DNA of 57,805 bases from Octopus sinensis (lineage: Eukaryota), in contig NW_021833583.1 in NCBI RefSeq assembly GCF_006345805.1, positions 1 to 57,805 on the forward strand. The letters run 5' to 3'. The translations under genes were made by a program, and so were the position numbers. Shown one piece after another: positions 25,317 through 38,316 of this stretch. A model generated the notes under the pieces. It saw only the letters and a program-made list of their open reading frames with translations. It had not been told where the DNA came from and ran no database searches. How positions within the stretch are numbered: position 1 is the stretch's first letter; each line of letters begins with the position of its first letter.

Positions 25317-25496
25317 CGTGATTCTGAATGGGCCAACTTTGAGTACGGTTTCTTAAGTAGGAGGGGAAAAAAATGGCTGGAAGAGGGGCACTCTCAATGC
25401 CTTAGAGACGGCAGGGTTATCTAGGTCTTTTCTGTGTGGTGTTTTCCCTGAATTATTCTAAATGGATGGCTCGTTGTTGGGAATTCTATTTACTTT

Positions 25497-27495
25497 TGAG
25501 TGACTATGTGGTAAGTAGCCTGCTTACCAACCACATGGTTCTGGGTTCAGTCCCACTGCGTGGCACATTGGGCGAGTGTCTTCTACTATAGCCTGAAGCC
25601 GACCAAAGCCTTGTGAGTGGATTTGGTAGACGGAAACTGAAAGAAGCCCGTCTTGTATATTTATATATATAAATATACCTTCCCTGTGCATACCTTCCCT
25701 CTTATGACACTTGTGAAGACCTGTTGAGGCAAGTTGTGACACTTGTGAAGACCTGTTGAGGCAAGTGAAAATCAAACCAATCAAAATAGATGAATATCAA
25801 TGGAATTTGTATCTTTGTGTTCCAGTACCGGTGGCCACACAAGAAAACCATCCAAGTGGCCGTAGCTGGTACCTCGCATCGACTGGCCTCCATGCTGTGG
25901 GCACAACAAACACCATCTGATCGTGGCCGTTCGCCAGCCTCACCTGGCACCTGTGTCGGTGGCACATAAAAACACCATCCAAAGACCCGGCGACGTAGTC
26001 AGTCCTGTGCATACCTTCCCTCTTATGACACTTGTGAAGACCTGTTGAGGCAGAGGCAAGGTTGTGACACTTGTGAAGACCTGTTGAGGCAGAGGCAAGT
26101 GTGTGACACTTGTGGAGACCTGTTGAGGCAAGTGTGTGACACGCGTGACACTTGTGAAGACCTGTTGAGGCAAGTTGAAAATCAAACCAAATCAAAATAG
26201 ATGAACATCAATGGAATTTGTATCTTTGTGGTTCCAGTACCGGTGGCACACAAGAAAACCATCCGATCGTGGCCGTTCGCCAGCCACATCTGGCACCTGT
26301 GTCGGTGGCACATAAGACACCATCCGAAGACCCGGCGACGTAGACAGTCCACTGTGCATACCTTCCTTCTTGTGACACTTGTGAAGACCTGTGAGGCAAG
26401 TGACACTGTGAAGACCTGTTGAGGCAAGTGAAAATCAAATCAAATCAAAACAAATCAAAATAGATGAACATAAATGGAATTTGTATCTTTGTGGTACCAG
26501 TGCCGGTGGCACACAAGAAATCATCCGAACGTGGCCGTAGCCAGTACCGCATAGACTGGCCTCCGTGCTTTGGGGACGTAACCAACACCATCCGATCGTG
26601 GCCGTCCGCCAGCCTCATCTGGCACCTGTGTCGGTGGCACATAAAAACACCATCCGAGCGTGGCCGTCTGCCAGCCTCGTCTGGCACCTGCCAGCCTCAT
26701 CTGGCACCTGTGTCGGTGGCACATAAAAACACCATCCGAGCGTGGCCGTCTGCCAGCCTCGTCTGGCACCTGTGTCGGTGGCACTAAAAACACCATCCGA
26801 GCGTGGCCGTTCGCCAGCCTCGTCTGGCACCTGTGTCGGTGGCACATAAAATCACCCACTACACTCTCGGAGTGGTTGGCGTTAGGAAGGGCATCCAGCT
26901 GTAGAAACACTGCCAGATCTGACTGGCCTGGTGCACCTTCGGCTCCCAGACCCCAGTTGAACCGTCCACCCATGCTAGCATGGAAAACGGACGCTAAATG
27001 ATGATGATGATGATGATGATGATATAATATTGGCAGCGAACTGGCAGACACGTTAGTGTGCCGAGCGAAATGCTTAGCGGTATTTTGTCTGTCATTACAT
27101 TCTGAGTCCAAATTCTGCCAAGGTCGACTTTGCCTTTCATCCTTTCGGGGTTGATAAATAAAGTACCAGTTTCGCACTGGGGTCAATGTAATCGACTTAA
27201 TCCCCTTGTCTGTCCTTGTTTGTTCCCTCTATGTTTAGCACCTTGTGTGTAATAAAGAATCATATATATATATGTGTGTGTATGTATGTGTGTGTATATG
27301 TTTGTGTCCTCCCACAACATTGCTTGTCAACCGATGGTGGTGTGTTCACTTCCCCTTAACTTAGCGGTTCAGCAAAAGAGACTGATAGAATAAGTACTAG
27401 GCTTACAAAGAATAAGTCCTAGGGTCGATTTGCTCGACTAAAGGCGGTGCTCCAGCATGGCCACAGTCAAATGACTGAAACAAGTAAAAGAGTAG
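25497..27495 (+). mobile_element. SINE A split at its internal microsatellite by an amplified family D block and a SINE B (27030-27260)
   Basis: 5' half at 25497-25655 and 3' half at 27270-27495 are collinear with the intact plus-strand copy at 52420-52815. Confidence 0.8.
25684..27023 (+). repeat. Higher-order tandem amplification of an RTE-type 3' UTR (three modules, each with nested 29-39 bp and about 62 bp subrepeats)
   Basis: Modules start with CTGTGCATACCTTCC at about 25684, 26005 and 26352. Subunits are GACACTTGTGAAGACCTGTTGAGGCAAG and GGCACCTGTGTCGGTGGCACATAAAAACACCATCCGAGCGTGGCCGT. Single (GAT)n tail. Confidence 0.9.
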
Positions 27496-28523
27496 AAAAG
27501 TAAGTAAAAAGCAAGTATTTTTCTGGATTCGATTTTTCATTATATAAACAGCAATATATAATCGATATGACAGTATCATTGCTCTCTTTCATGTTTTCCA
27601 ATATATTACTTATAGCTTCCTCAGAACCATTTGAATGAAGTGTTTCACCTGGCAGAAACAGCTGGAAGCTATTGAAAGTGATTATATAACTCCTGTTCTT
27701 TTGTCATTTATCTACTTACTGATATGTATGTGAGTGCATATATATTTATGTTTGTGTATATGTGTGTGTATGTGTATGTTATTTGTAACAAAACAACAGA
27801 AAAAGCATCCATTATATAGTGTAGAGGAGTGGTATACTGGAGATCAAATAATAAATAATGTTACATTTAGAATGGAAAGTTTAAAAACTGGTTTAAAGCC
27901 AAACCTTTTGAAAAATAATGAGAAAGCTGTTGTTTACTTTGTTTATTAATCTTAGCTGTATATAACAAAATTATCAATAATACTTCTTTCCAGACATGTA
28001 TTATTACGGATTTATTAATCATATTAGCCATATTAATAAAACCCCCATGGGTCACCTATATATCCATTTGATGTGCCAGGGCGTTGCATCGTATGGCATG
28101 AGAGCAAGAGGTATAGAGTGTATCTATATTTATTCACCTGTACCTACCTGTACACTGTTAAGATTTGCATTTAGATGCTCTTCCAGATAGTAACTTGCAA
28201 TATTATTATATAACAAAATGACCGTTTATCCAATATGGCATCAGGGTTCCGCAATTTCATTGGAATGAATAATTTAAAAGGGATAATAACTCTCGACCAA
28301 AAAAAAACACAGCAAACCAATTCTTGTAGCAGAATTGTAGCATTGTAGAATATTATTATTATTATTATTTCTTTTTATCTCAGCTTTTGTTGGAACTCAT
28401 GGAGTCCTGCATGTGTAGATGTGTAGCAGTCTTGCTATGCATGCAGCCTAAGGTGCCATACTATCTGTTCATTTCAAATATTTAATACTTTCCTGATTAT
28501 TCTGACCATGCTTATTATTATTA

Positions 28524-29075
28524 TCACGTGCATCACAACCATATGTACGTGACATGGTGATCTCATATCAAAATAAACAGCTTAGAATTTTCAGTGCACA
28601 ACCTTGCCAGTTAGAATTTTCTTCAGATCAAGTAGCCCATCACACTCAAAAGGTTCCTGAATAAGGGTTGCTTATTGTTAAACAAAATACCCATGTTTCC
28701 AGAGGTGAATTATTCAAACCCTAAAGAATTCCTCTTAACACATGGCTATGATGCTCCCCCACTACTTCTGCTCGTGATCAGAGATGCACATATCATCAGC
28801 CACCAACGACCATGTTCAACTGGTTAAGGCCAAACAACTGACAAGCAAATCTGTGGTATTGAGCAGAATATTTGTTATTATGAAGGCTGCGAACTGGCAG
28901 AATCATTAGCCCAGTGGGCAAAATGCTTTACGGCAATTCATCTGCTTGCACGTTCTGGGTTAAAATTCCACCAAGGTTGACTTTGCATTTCCTCCTTTGA
29001 GTTCTGGGTTGACAAAATCGACTACCCCGTACTCTGAAGTTGCTGGCCTTGTACCAAAATTTGAAACCAATATTA
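28524..29075. mobile_element. Family E fragment (28524-28876, minus) and SINE B (28882-29075, plus) in ATT context
   Basis: Homology to 10822-11270 and to SINE B copies. Confidence 0.8.
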
Positions 29076-29096
29076 TTGCTATTATTATTATTATTT

Positions 29097-30322
29097 TAGG
29101 CGAAGTTCTTCTGCGTCACTTGCCACACCTTTGTGTTGCTGAGGTGTGTGCAGCATTGTGTGTTCTTGTTTTTCTTTTGGGCGGGAAGAATAACCTTTTC
29201 CCAGTATTCTATTGCATCGGTTTGTTTTGTTAAGGGCTTCGACTTGAATTTTTTGTTGTATTAGTATTGTGTTGTGTGTGTAATGCAAGTTGTGTTCTGT
29301 TGCGCATCCAGCATGTAGATTACATGTTGTGGGGGTTGTTCATTTTATTGGATATTTACTGTTTGGAGTTGTTCTATTTAGGTTGTACCTTAGAACTGAT
29401 AGTCTTACGTAGGATGTATCATGTTTCTAGCAGGGCTACTTTTGGGATCGTACATAGTGTTGGGGATTCATAGGTTTCTTTTCTTTTTTTTATTATGCCT
29501 AGTGCTTCAATTATTTCCCTCCCATGCCCCACATCTTGAAATACTTCAGTTTCGATATCTTTGTACTTTGGCAATTTCTACACCTTTTGGGGGACAATAT
29601 TTTGGTCAGAAGGGACTGTCTATCAGTAAGCGGGTGTTTGTTTTTATACCTAGTTACCATGTTGGAGCAATTAGCTTTGATTACTTGGGCTGTTTGAACA
29701 GGTATCTTCCAGACGATTGCAGCCTGGTCGTTGTCATGAACCTTGTTTGGCTAATATCCATACCATTTTTTTGTTAATTTTTATGTTGTAGTGTTAGCAT
29801 ATTGCCCAATGAATATATCTACTTAGTCGGTCATGTCTGTATATATATTCAAATTTGACAAGGACTGAACAGCCAGAGATGATGTGGTCAACTGTCTCAT
29901 TGTGCTGGTTGAACATTCTGCATCTAGTGTTAGTGCCTGTTTTTTTATTATTTTACTTTTATAGTTATTTGTGATCAGACACTGGACTTGCTTTTAGTCT
30001 GGAGCTTTTGAGCTATTGTTGGCTTTTTACTAAGGTTCACTTCTTTTCTGTTAAGCCTTGCAGGGTATTAGCCATGAAAGGATTTTTCCTCTCCATTTCT
30101 ACTTTAGTATGTTTTGTAGTTGTTTACGTGATGTTTTTCCTCTCTTTGGTCGTTTCTGCTGTTATCATCTGAGATCAGTGTATCAGTGTAGTTTGTTTCT
30201 GTCTTGTATTTTGTTGCCTCCTTGTGCATTGACAAAAGCATTTCTTTTTACTCGTATTGTTTTATTAGATGTAGTAGTCATCCACTTTTTGTTGTTTTTT
30301 AAGTATACTTCTAGTCCAACTG
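29097..30322 (-). mobile_element. R4/Dong-like non-LTR retrotransposon, decayed 3' fragment
   Basis: Minus-strand remnants: CRMF..HNETVDHIISGC..L...EYIYRHD (zinc knuckle + RHD), IVWKIPVQT..IKAN, PSDQNI, KYKDIETEV, KVALLET.YILRKT. Both ends abut (TAA)n. Confidence 0.85.
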
Positions 30323-30721
30323 TTTATTATTATTATCGTTATCATCATCATCATCATCCTTAATTCCGATGAAGTCGATTTTGCCTTTCACCCTTTTGGG
30401 GTCGATAAAAATGTACCAGCTGAGCACTGGGGTTGTTGCATTCGAATTCCCTCTTACCTCAAAATTTCTGGGCTTGTGCCAAAATTTGAAATTATTAAAA
30501 AAAAATTATTCTGCCAGAAAATTCACTTCACCATCTTCAAAAAGTATATATTGCATATTATGGTTCTAAATACGCAATTCCTTTTGAATATACCTGATGG
30601 TCAAGGCTAGTACGACTTTGATCTTAACTCTACTCAATCAGAGCTGATTTGAACCAAACAGCAATGGCAATGCATATTTAAGCAATTTTGGTCTCAATTG
30701 ATATTGATGCTTCATTTGACA

Positions 30722-31135
30722 ATATCTTTTATCTTTTATTGGTTTCAATCATTGGACTGTGGCTGTGTTGTCGCACAGTTTAGGGAAACAAATCCTCTTG
30801 ACGGTTTAGGTGAAAAAAATCAACCCTAGCAGTTAATTTTAAAGTCCGGTACTTATTATATCAATCTCTTTTGCCGCACTGCTAAGTTACAAGGATGTAA
30901 ACAAACCAATACCGGTTGTCAAGTGGTGTGGGGAAGACACACTCACACACACACACATATAGGCATATGTATACGATGGGCTTCTTTCAGTTTCTATCTA
31001 CCAAATCCATTCACAATACTTTGGTCGACCCGAGGCTATAGTAGAAGACATTTACCCAAGGTTCCACGCAGAGGGACTGAACTCAGAAACATGTGGTTGC
31101 GAAGAAACTTTTTACCAACAGCCATGCTTGCACCA
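30722..31135 (-). mobile_element. SINE A, old divergent copy
   Basis: Collinear but diverged. Confidence 0.75.
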
Positions 31136-32329
31136 ATTTACTAAGCAAATATACGTTGAGTGCCTCCATCTTCTGTGAATAACGATTGGTGTCACTAAGC
31201 TGTGTTTAATATAGATATATACTTCTTTAGTCATACATAGCCAATAAATGTATTATATACAAATCAGGGAGGAGTATTTATATAATTTCTGTTTCAGTTA
31301 CTGCTATACAGACCTCTGGTGCTCTCACGCCTATTGGGCTTAGTTTGCTGTAAACTAAACACTATAGGCCCCAGAGGTTAATAATGCTGTTCAGACGGCT
31401 CTGGCTACTATTTCTAATAGGAAGTGTGACAGCGTGAAGGGTCCTTAAAATTTTTTCTTCTTTTGAGTGGGGGTGACTTGCCTGGATCAATCAAATCCTA
31501 CACGCCAGATGTACCAATCGACTGATGAGGCATGAACATCTGGCTTAGGCTTTTGTCACATTGGTCTTTTGCAAGCTGAAACATCTTATCTGAACATGTC
31601 ACGACTACATACGATAGCAGTAATTCGCTAACTGAACCGGCTGATTTTGGCCAGTGACAATTCACCATCTCAGCATCATGTGGTGTTCGCCTTTTCTTCC
31701 ATACAATTCATATGCTGAAATAGTTACATCTGCCACAGTGCATCGCATGATGCTCCTTTGTTAGCTCGAGCCCATTTGGTAGTTAAGTTAACAAAGACCA
31801 ATACCAATTGCGATATAAAAATTATCACCCGTTCTTTATGTTGGCAGATTGACTGCTCACTCCCTCAAAGACGATTGAATCAGTTATTCTGAATAAACTA
31901 ATTAAAACAATAGAAAAGAAACACATTCCGAAAGTATGCATTTATTAATTAAATTATACATCATACATAAATACATATTACATATTTACATACACACACA
32001 CACACAAATATATATACACACGTACATATATCTACATATATAAACATGTGCATGCACGCATATACAATACACACACACACAAACTAGTATACTTAATTAT
32101 ACAGCTAAGGTGTCTGCAAATCAAAAAAAGTATTGAATGTGTTTGAGGGCAAAGTGTGTAGTTTTATATTTCAATGATTATTTACAACTTGGATGACTTT
32201 TTATCTGGTGGACAGCCAAGCTGCAACCAGGATCCTTAAGAGTATTTTCTTATATTCCAAGGATTGTGGTAGCAGATATACTATCAAATGAATGAAATAT
32301 CTTCAGAGCAACCTTTGAATATTATGCAT

Positions 32330-32368
<39 letters not shown>

Positions 32369-32795
32369 TTCTGCTTCTTCCTACCAAATAAACACAGATA
32401 TGCCTACATAAACCACTTGACCTTCAGACTGGTTAAAAGAAGAAAACATCCCGCTGTGGTTCATCCACTAATGTTATATCACCTGAAGAAATGAATCAAT
32501 CATGATGATCAACCGGATGGTTACGGATACTACGGACTTTGGATTGTGATCTTAAAAAGTAATGTGATTTGTGAAAACACATGTAACAATGCATTAAATG
32601 TTTATAAATTCCATCCTAGGGATATTGTTATTATTATTATTATTATTATTATATTTATCCTATTCTATATTAGTATCACTTGATGCAACCCTGAAAAACT
32701 GGCTCACTAGTCAGCATAATTAGACAGTGGCTGGCATAATGGAAAAGGGGCTTTATTTGCATATTCAAAACAGTTCCCATAAACAAATTTACAGG

Positions 32796-32838
<43 letters not shown>

Positions 32839-33028
32839 AGGTGGGCACTGATGAGGTGAAATGCATGATTGCATAATATCTGTACTTGTTATGTAATTAT
32901 TTCAGCATTTTGGTGAAGCACACCTATGTATCTATGAAGCTTTGAATATCACACCTGTTTTCTGCTTATTTCTTAATTGCAGAGAAACATATGTATGTGT
33001 ACATGTGTTGTAAGTATGTATGTATGCA

Positions 33029-33072
<44 letters not shown>

Positions 33073-33345
33073 ATATGAACTTACTTGGAAATGGATGTGT
33101 GGCATTCAATCATATAATAATATAAATAATATATATATATGCATATGTACATACATATATATGTATATATATGTGCATATATGGGTACAGGACATCACAA
33201 AATGTAAACAATTTGAAATACGAAAACATGTGTGTGTGTGTGTGTATAACAAAGTAGGATATACATTTATAGAGTAAGATGTTTATATGTGCATACTTCA
33301 TGTGAAATAATTGTTTTCAGGGATGTTGGATCTCGAAGCAAATAA

Positions 33346-33444
33346 TAGTGTATAAATACTGGGTTAAAAACCATTTAGATAGGCTGCCCGTGGAACATTT
33401 GGGCAGCCATCTAAAGAGATTTTTAATCCAATATTTATACGCTA
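33346..33444. repeat. 99-bp hairpin / fold-back
   Basis: TAGTGTATAAATACTGGGTTAAAAA..TTTAGAT(A)GGCTGCCC, 11-nt loop, GGGCAGCCATCTAAA..TTTTTAATCCAATATTTATACGCTA. Confidence 0.9.
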
Positions 33445-33653
33445 AGATTCACCATTCCAGTTCACACACACACATATATATATTTATATATACACGTGTG
33501 TATATATATGCATATGAATGTATATAATATAATACACAAATACACACACACAACTTATGGTTCCGCTTAGCCACTGCAATGCAAGTATCCAGTTGTTAGA
33601 ACACGATATACTTATACTTCACAGTAAACCATCAAGTCAGAACAGAAAGAAAT

Positions 33654-33778
33654 ATCATTTAATGAATGACAAAAGAACAGGGATTACATAGTCACTTTCA
33701 TTGGCTTACAGTTGTTTCTGCTGTAAGTGCACTAATGAGAGTTTGTAACTCTTGTTCTTTTGTCATTCATTTAGTGAT
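33654..33778. repeat. 125-bp hairpin / fold-back
   Basis: Nested arm pairs AATGAATGACAAAAGAACA/TGTTCTTTTGTCATTCATT, ACTTTCATTGG/CTAATGAGAGT and CTTACAG/CTGTAAG. Confidence 0.9.
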
Positions 33779-34254
33779 GTACGTGTGTGTGTGTGTGAGA
33801 GAGAGAGGGAGAGACAGAGAAAGAAAGAGAGAGAGTGTGTGTGTAATAAATAATTATGTATAAGAAAAATATATCCACAAAATTCAAGTCCTTGGGTTTT
33901 TAACATATCGCTAATCTTCAAAATATTATTACTTCAAAGCAAACAATAGCAAGTGGATATTGTTAAAGTTTAAAATTGGCTAAAACGAATGCTGAGAGCA
34001 GAATGTTTGGTAAAATAGAAAACAAATGATCCCAATTATAATATGAAAATTTCACCTTTTTTCATTCTCTACAGCTATTTCTATGACTCAGGGGAAAACA
34101 TTATCAACTATACAATAATTACAAATTAATTGTAATGATTAGATAAATTCAAATGAAGGATATAAAATTCATTTCTCCAGGATATCAACATAATGGATGA
34201 GAATATCACACCAAAAATTTAAAACAACAAAAATTAAGTGTAATAAGTTGAAAT

Positions 34255-35330
34255 TGTTGACTAAATGGGTTCGCTGCCAAGTTCTACAAGGCAAGAATGA
34301 GAATTAATGTTGCAAAGACTGAGACGTCGGTTTTCTCGAGAAAGTCTTTCCAGGGCAGTCTGATGTAAGTGGAACATCACAAAGACAAGTGGAGGAGTTT
34401 AAGTGTCCCGGAACTGTATTCAAGAATGGTGAGAAGCAGTAAGCTGAATTGGATGTTGGAATTACAGGTGCAGTACAATAATGCTCCAGCTCCAGCATTC
34501 GGAATTCAGAAGAGGAGAGGTTGGTAAAAAGAAAAACAAACCCTCACTATCTTCAACATGGTTTGCTACCTTCACTTATGGTCATGAATGTTGGGTAATG
34601 AAAGAAAGAGTATGATCGCAAATACAAGTAGCCAAAATGGGGGTTCCTTCGAAGGATCTCTGGAAGAAATTTACTTGACAGGATGCGTTGCTAGGATATC
34701 AGGGAGTCTCTTCAGGCTGAGCTCCTCCTTTGCATTGAGATATTACACCTCCTGTACTATGGTTAAGTGAAGGCACATGGCCCAGTGATTAAAGCGGCGG
34801 GCTCACAATCATGAGGTAGTGAGTTTGGGTCTCTAATTGGGTTGTATTCTTGAGCAAAACACTTTATTTCATGTTGCTCCAGTTCACTCAGCTGTAGAAA
34901 TGAATTGCAATGCTACTGGTGCCAAGCTGTATTAGCTTTTGCCTTTCCCTTGGACAACATCGGTGGCGTGGAGAGGAGAGGCTGGTATGTATGAGTGACT
35001 GCTGGTCTTCCATAAACAACCTTGCCTGGACTTGTGCCTCAGATGGGAACTTTCAAGGTGCAATCCCATAGTCATTCATAACTGAAGGGGTTCTTTTACT
35101 ATGGTTAAGCAATTAGAATGTAAACAGGAAAGAATCGTAAAACAGGAGACCTAGTGATAAACCAAGAAAGAAATAGTTGGATAATGCCCATAGTTTCAGT
35201 TGGTTATGTTCAGGAGTCCAGCTGGAAAGTCTAAAAATGGTTGTTTCTGATAGAACCCTATGGAGAAGCGTGAGGACTCTACCATCAAGACCCAGGAATA
35301 GTGAAAGGAGAAGACTGAAGGATGGCCAGA
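34255..35330 (+). mobile_element. RTE-clade LINE (Expander/Rex3-like), decayed 3' coding fragment interrupted by a SINE
   Basis: Peptide remnants LNGFAAK...MRINVAKTE, QVEEFKC.G, LTYGHECWVMKERV.SQIQVAKMGFLRRISG..LLDRMR..DIRESL and, after the SINE, VSDRTLWRS.RTLPSRP. Confidence 0.88.
34768..35096 (+). mobile_element. SINE family C variant 3 with 13-bp TSD TACTATGGTTAAG
   Basis: TSD at 34755-34767 and 35097-35109. Confidence 0.92.
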
Positions 35331-36917
35331 TTAAATTGATAGATAAAAAATAATACAAGACAAATTGAGAAATGATTGAAATTAGAAAAGAAAAATATAG
35401 CCATGTTTTATATTTTCTTTCTAAGTAGTACTGTCACTGACTATTTTCTTATTTTTCATTTTCTTTTAATACTGCGATCTTTATTGCTTCGTTTGTATGC
35501 ATGTGCATATATATGCGTACGCATCTTTGACTATTTATGTCTGCAAATGTGTACATATATATATGACCATTTGTATACAAGGCTTATTTTATACTTAAAT
35601 ATGTAATGTATATTGTATACTTTACTTAATTTAACTTTTGTAACTATGCCAACTGCTTTCTTTACTACTTAATACATGGATACAAGAACTAGAGAGCTAT
35701 CAGCACATTTATTTTTTGGTTAGGTCAACTTGGCTTGAATGCCGTTATGGTCTCTCACTTTATCTCTCTCTCCTTCTTCTCTCTGTATTTTCTAATCGTA
35801 TCTTTATTATAATATTTTCTTCTCTCTCTCTCTCAGAGCATAGGCTCGAAAAGGTGAGACTTTTCCATTTTTCCTGAGCGTCAGTCAACCTAATACACCT
35901 GCTTGTAGTTTCCTCACCTGTCTTGTACATTTGAACCACACACACACACACACACACATATCTTTACATATATTCTCCTTTATTGACAACAGCAATGGTG
36001 ATTCGATTTTCATATTTCAAAAGTGTTCTTGATGAAATGACTTTCACTTCACATGCAACTAAATTTATTAACAATAATTAATCTTTGTAATTACCAGACG
36101 GTTGATAATGTTTTCACATGAGTCATGGAAATGGCTGTAGAGTGAAACAAATGAAATCTTTGAAATATCATGGGGATCAAAAATTTTCTGTTCTGCCATA
36201 TTTATGTGTATATATGTGAGTGCATATGTACATTTGTATGTATGCATGTATGATATTGTAATATTGCACTGATGTGCATACATTCATACTTTTGAAGATT
36301 CCTATGATGCATGAAGAGCAAAGTATATTCTGGAAAGATCTAGCAAATTATCAAAATCACAATCAAATATTGTTATAAAATAGTACTACTCAGGTGTCAA
36401 AACCAGAGTGATATCCACTGGGCAACTGAAGATGGGAATGTATGTTTGGTATGCTTGCTTGAAAATCTTATATATCTTAGAGTATCTGTATTGTGAATTA
36501 TTCTTCATTCTTGGAAAAGATGAACATATTTTTGACTCATAGTTTATGGGGATTTCACATACTGATATTACTTGACTAACTTCATGGATAATCTTACAAG
36601 GTTAGGATAACACTTAATTCGTGGTTTCTAGTTTTGGGAGTTGCTGTGGTGTATGTGTTTATATATATATATTCAAATATGAATGAGAAGCAGCCTCAAG
36701 GATATAAACAATATCGAACACACATACATAAGGTGATGTGTTTTGCCACTTCGTGGGCAGGCTGTGATTCTCTTGTGCCTATAAATCGCAGCCTGCCCAC
36801 GAATCGTCAAAATATGTACCTTGCGTATATGTGTTCAATACTGTTTATATCCCTCTGGCTACTGCTCATTGATATTTGAATATATACATACATATATATA
36901 TATACATATATATATAC

Positions 36918-36966
<49 letters not shown>

Positions 36967-37782
36967 GTTTTCCCACAGTTTCCATCTACTAAGCCCATCC
37001 ATAAGGCATTGGTTGGTCCAGGGTTGTAACAGAAGACACTTGTCCAAGGTGTGTTGTGAAGTGGAACTGAACCCGAAACCACGTGATTACAAAGCTAGTT
37101 TCTTCACCACACTGCCATGCTTTTAATTTCTTAACTATATTTTCTTCAATTTAAAAACATCTAACATTATAATTTGTTTTGTTTTTTTATTTGAATTTAA
37201 ATCTTAAATTTCACAATCAACACTTACCATAATGAAATAATGCATCGGTTTTAAAAAGCAATCGTTTCATAATCATCAAATTAAATGATTAACAAAGCTC
37301 ACCAGCTTAACTGGGTACTTTATATTAAATATACGCAAGTTTACTGTTAATCTTACTAAGATTCTGGACAGTTGAAACCTTTCCTAAGATTTTATGTGAC
37401 CCCTCCCCACCAAAAAAGCACGTCCCAATTACCTTCTAATTATTATCACACATTACATTGTTGAGACATAAATACATTAATGTGAAATTAATGAATTTGT
37501 TTGGTTTCTGGCTTAAATATACGCTCCCACCATTCTAAATTCCCAGAATTCAGCATTCTGTATATTTTAATCCTTTCTCTGAATTGCCATATGTTGCTAA
37601 ATTTTTTGGGTGGCCTATCATCTAAAAAATATTCGAAGGTATATTAACTGAAGAGGTAGAGCCTTATGGAAACATGATCTTACATAATGTTACATAATAT
37701 TGCATTAGTACAAGCCAACTTATATATAATGTAACCGTGTTCTAAATATATTTACTACAGAAACGTATTTTAATACCCAAAA

Positions 37783-37784
37783 TG

Positions 37785-37876
<92 letters not shown>

Positions 37877-37883
37877 TATATAC

Positions 37884-37914
<31 letters not shown>

Positions 37915-38118
37915 CATACATACATATATATATACATATACACATACATACATACATACATATATATACATACATACATATATATACATACATACATATA
38001 TATACATACATACATACATATATATACATACATACATATATTACATACATACATATATATACATACATACTATATATACATACATACATACATATATATA
38101 CATACATATATACATACA

Positions 38119-38150
<32 letters not shown>
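37783..38150. repeat. (TA)n/(TACA)n microsatellite tract
   Basis: Seen directly. Confidence 0.95.
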
Positions 38151-38316
38151 TGCAGTGTATACTATTACATTATTTTAAGTTTGATAGAAACTTAAAGTAA
38201 TGAAATTTACACACGCGCATATAGATTGCTTTAATTTTCTTCTAAAAAGGCAATTTCATTACTTTAAGTTTCTATCAAACTTAAAATAACGTAATAGTAT
38301 ACACTACAATATATAT
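38144..38316. repeat. Fold-back element with arms of about 64 bp
   Basis: ATTGCAGTGTATACTATTACATTATTTTAAGTTTGATAGAAACTTAAAGTAATGAAATT and its reverse complement (2 mismatches) around a spacer of about 44 bp. Confidence 0.92.

Noticed and set aside
25684-26850. CRISPR-like repeat/spacer appearance
   Set aside because: The spacers are themselves repeated, the context is eukaryotic, there are no cas genes, and the block is homologous to a LINE 3' UTR elsewhere in the window.
31520-31610. CTGATGAG...GAAACAT...ATGTC hammerhead-like motif
   Set aside because: Stem I has only 3 pairs with a mismatch at the cleavage site and stem II would be about 45 nt and poorly paired. The region looks more like a decayed minus-strand RTE 3' end.
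35828-35862. GAGC-ATAG-GCTC-GAAA hammerhead-like remnant; similar GGAAGAGTCCGAAACGTGGTC at 11954-11978 (minus) and CTGAAGAGGTAGAGCC..GAAAC at 37648-37680
   Set aside because: The CUGANGA box or the stems are missing or misplaced. At best these are dead relics and cannot be supported from single copies.
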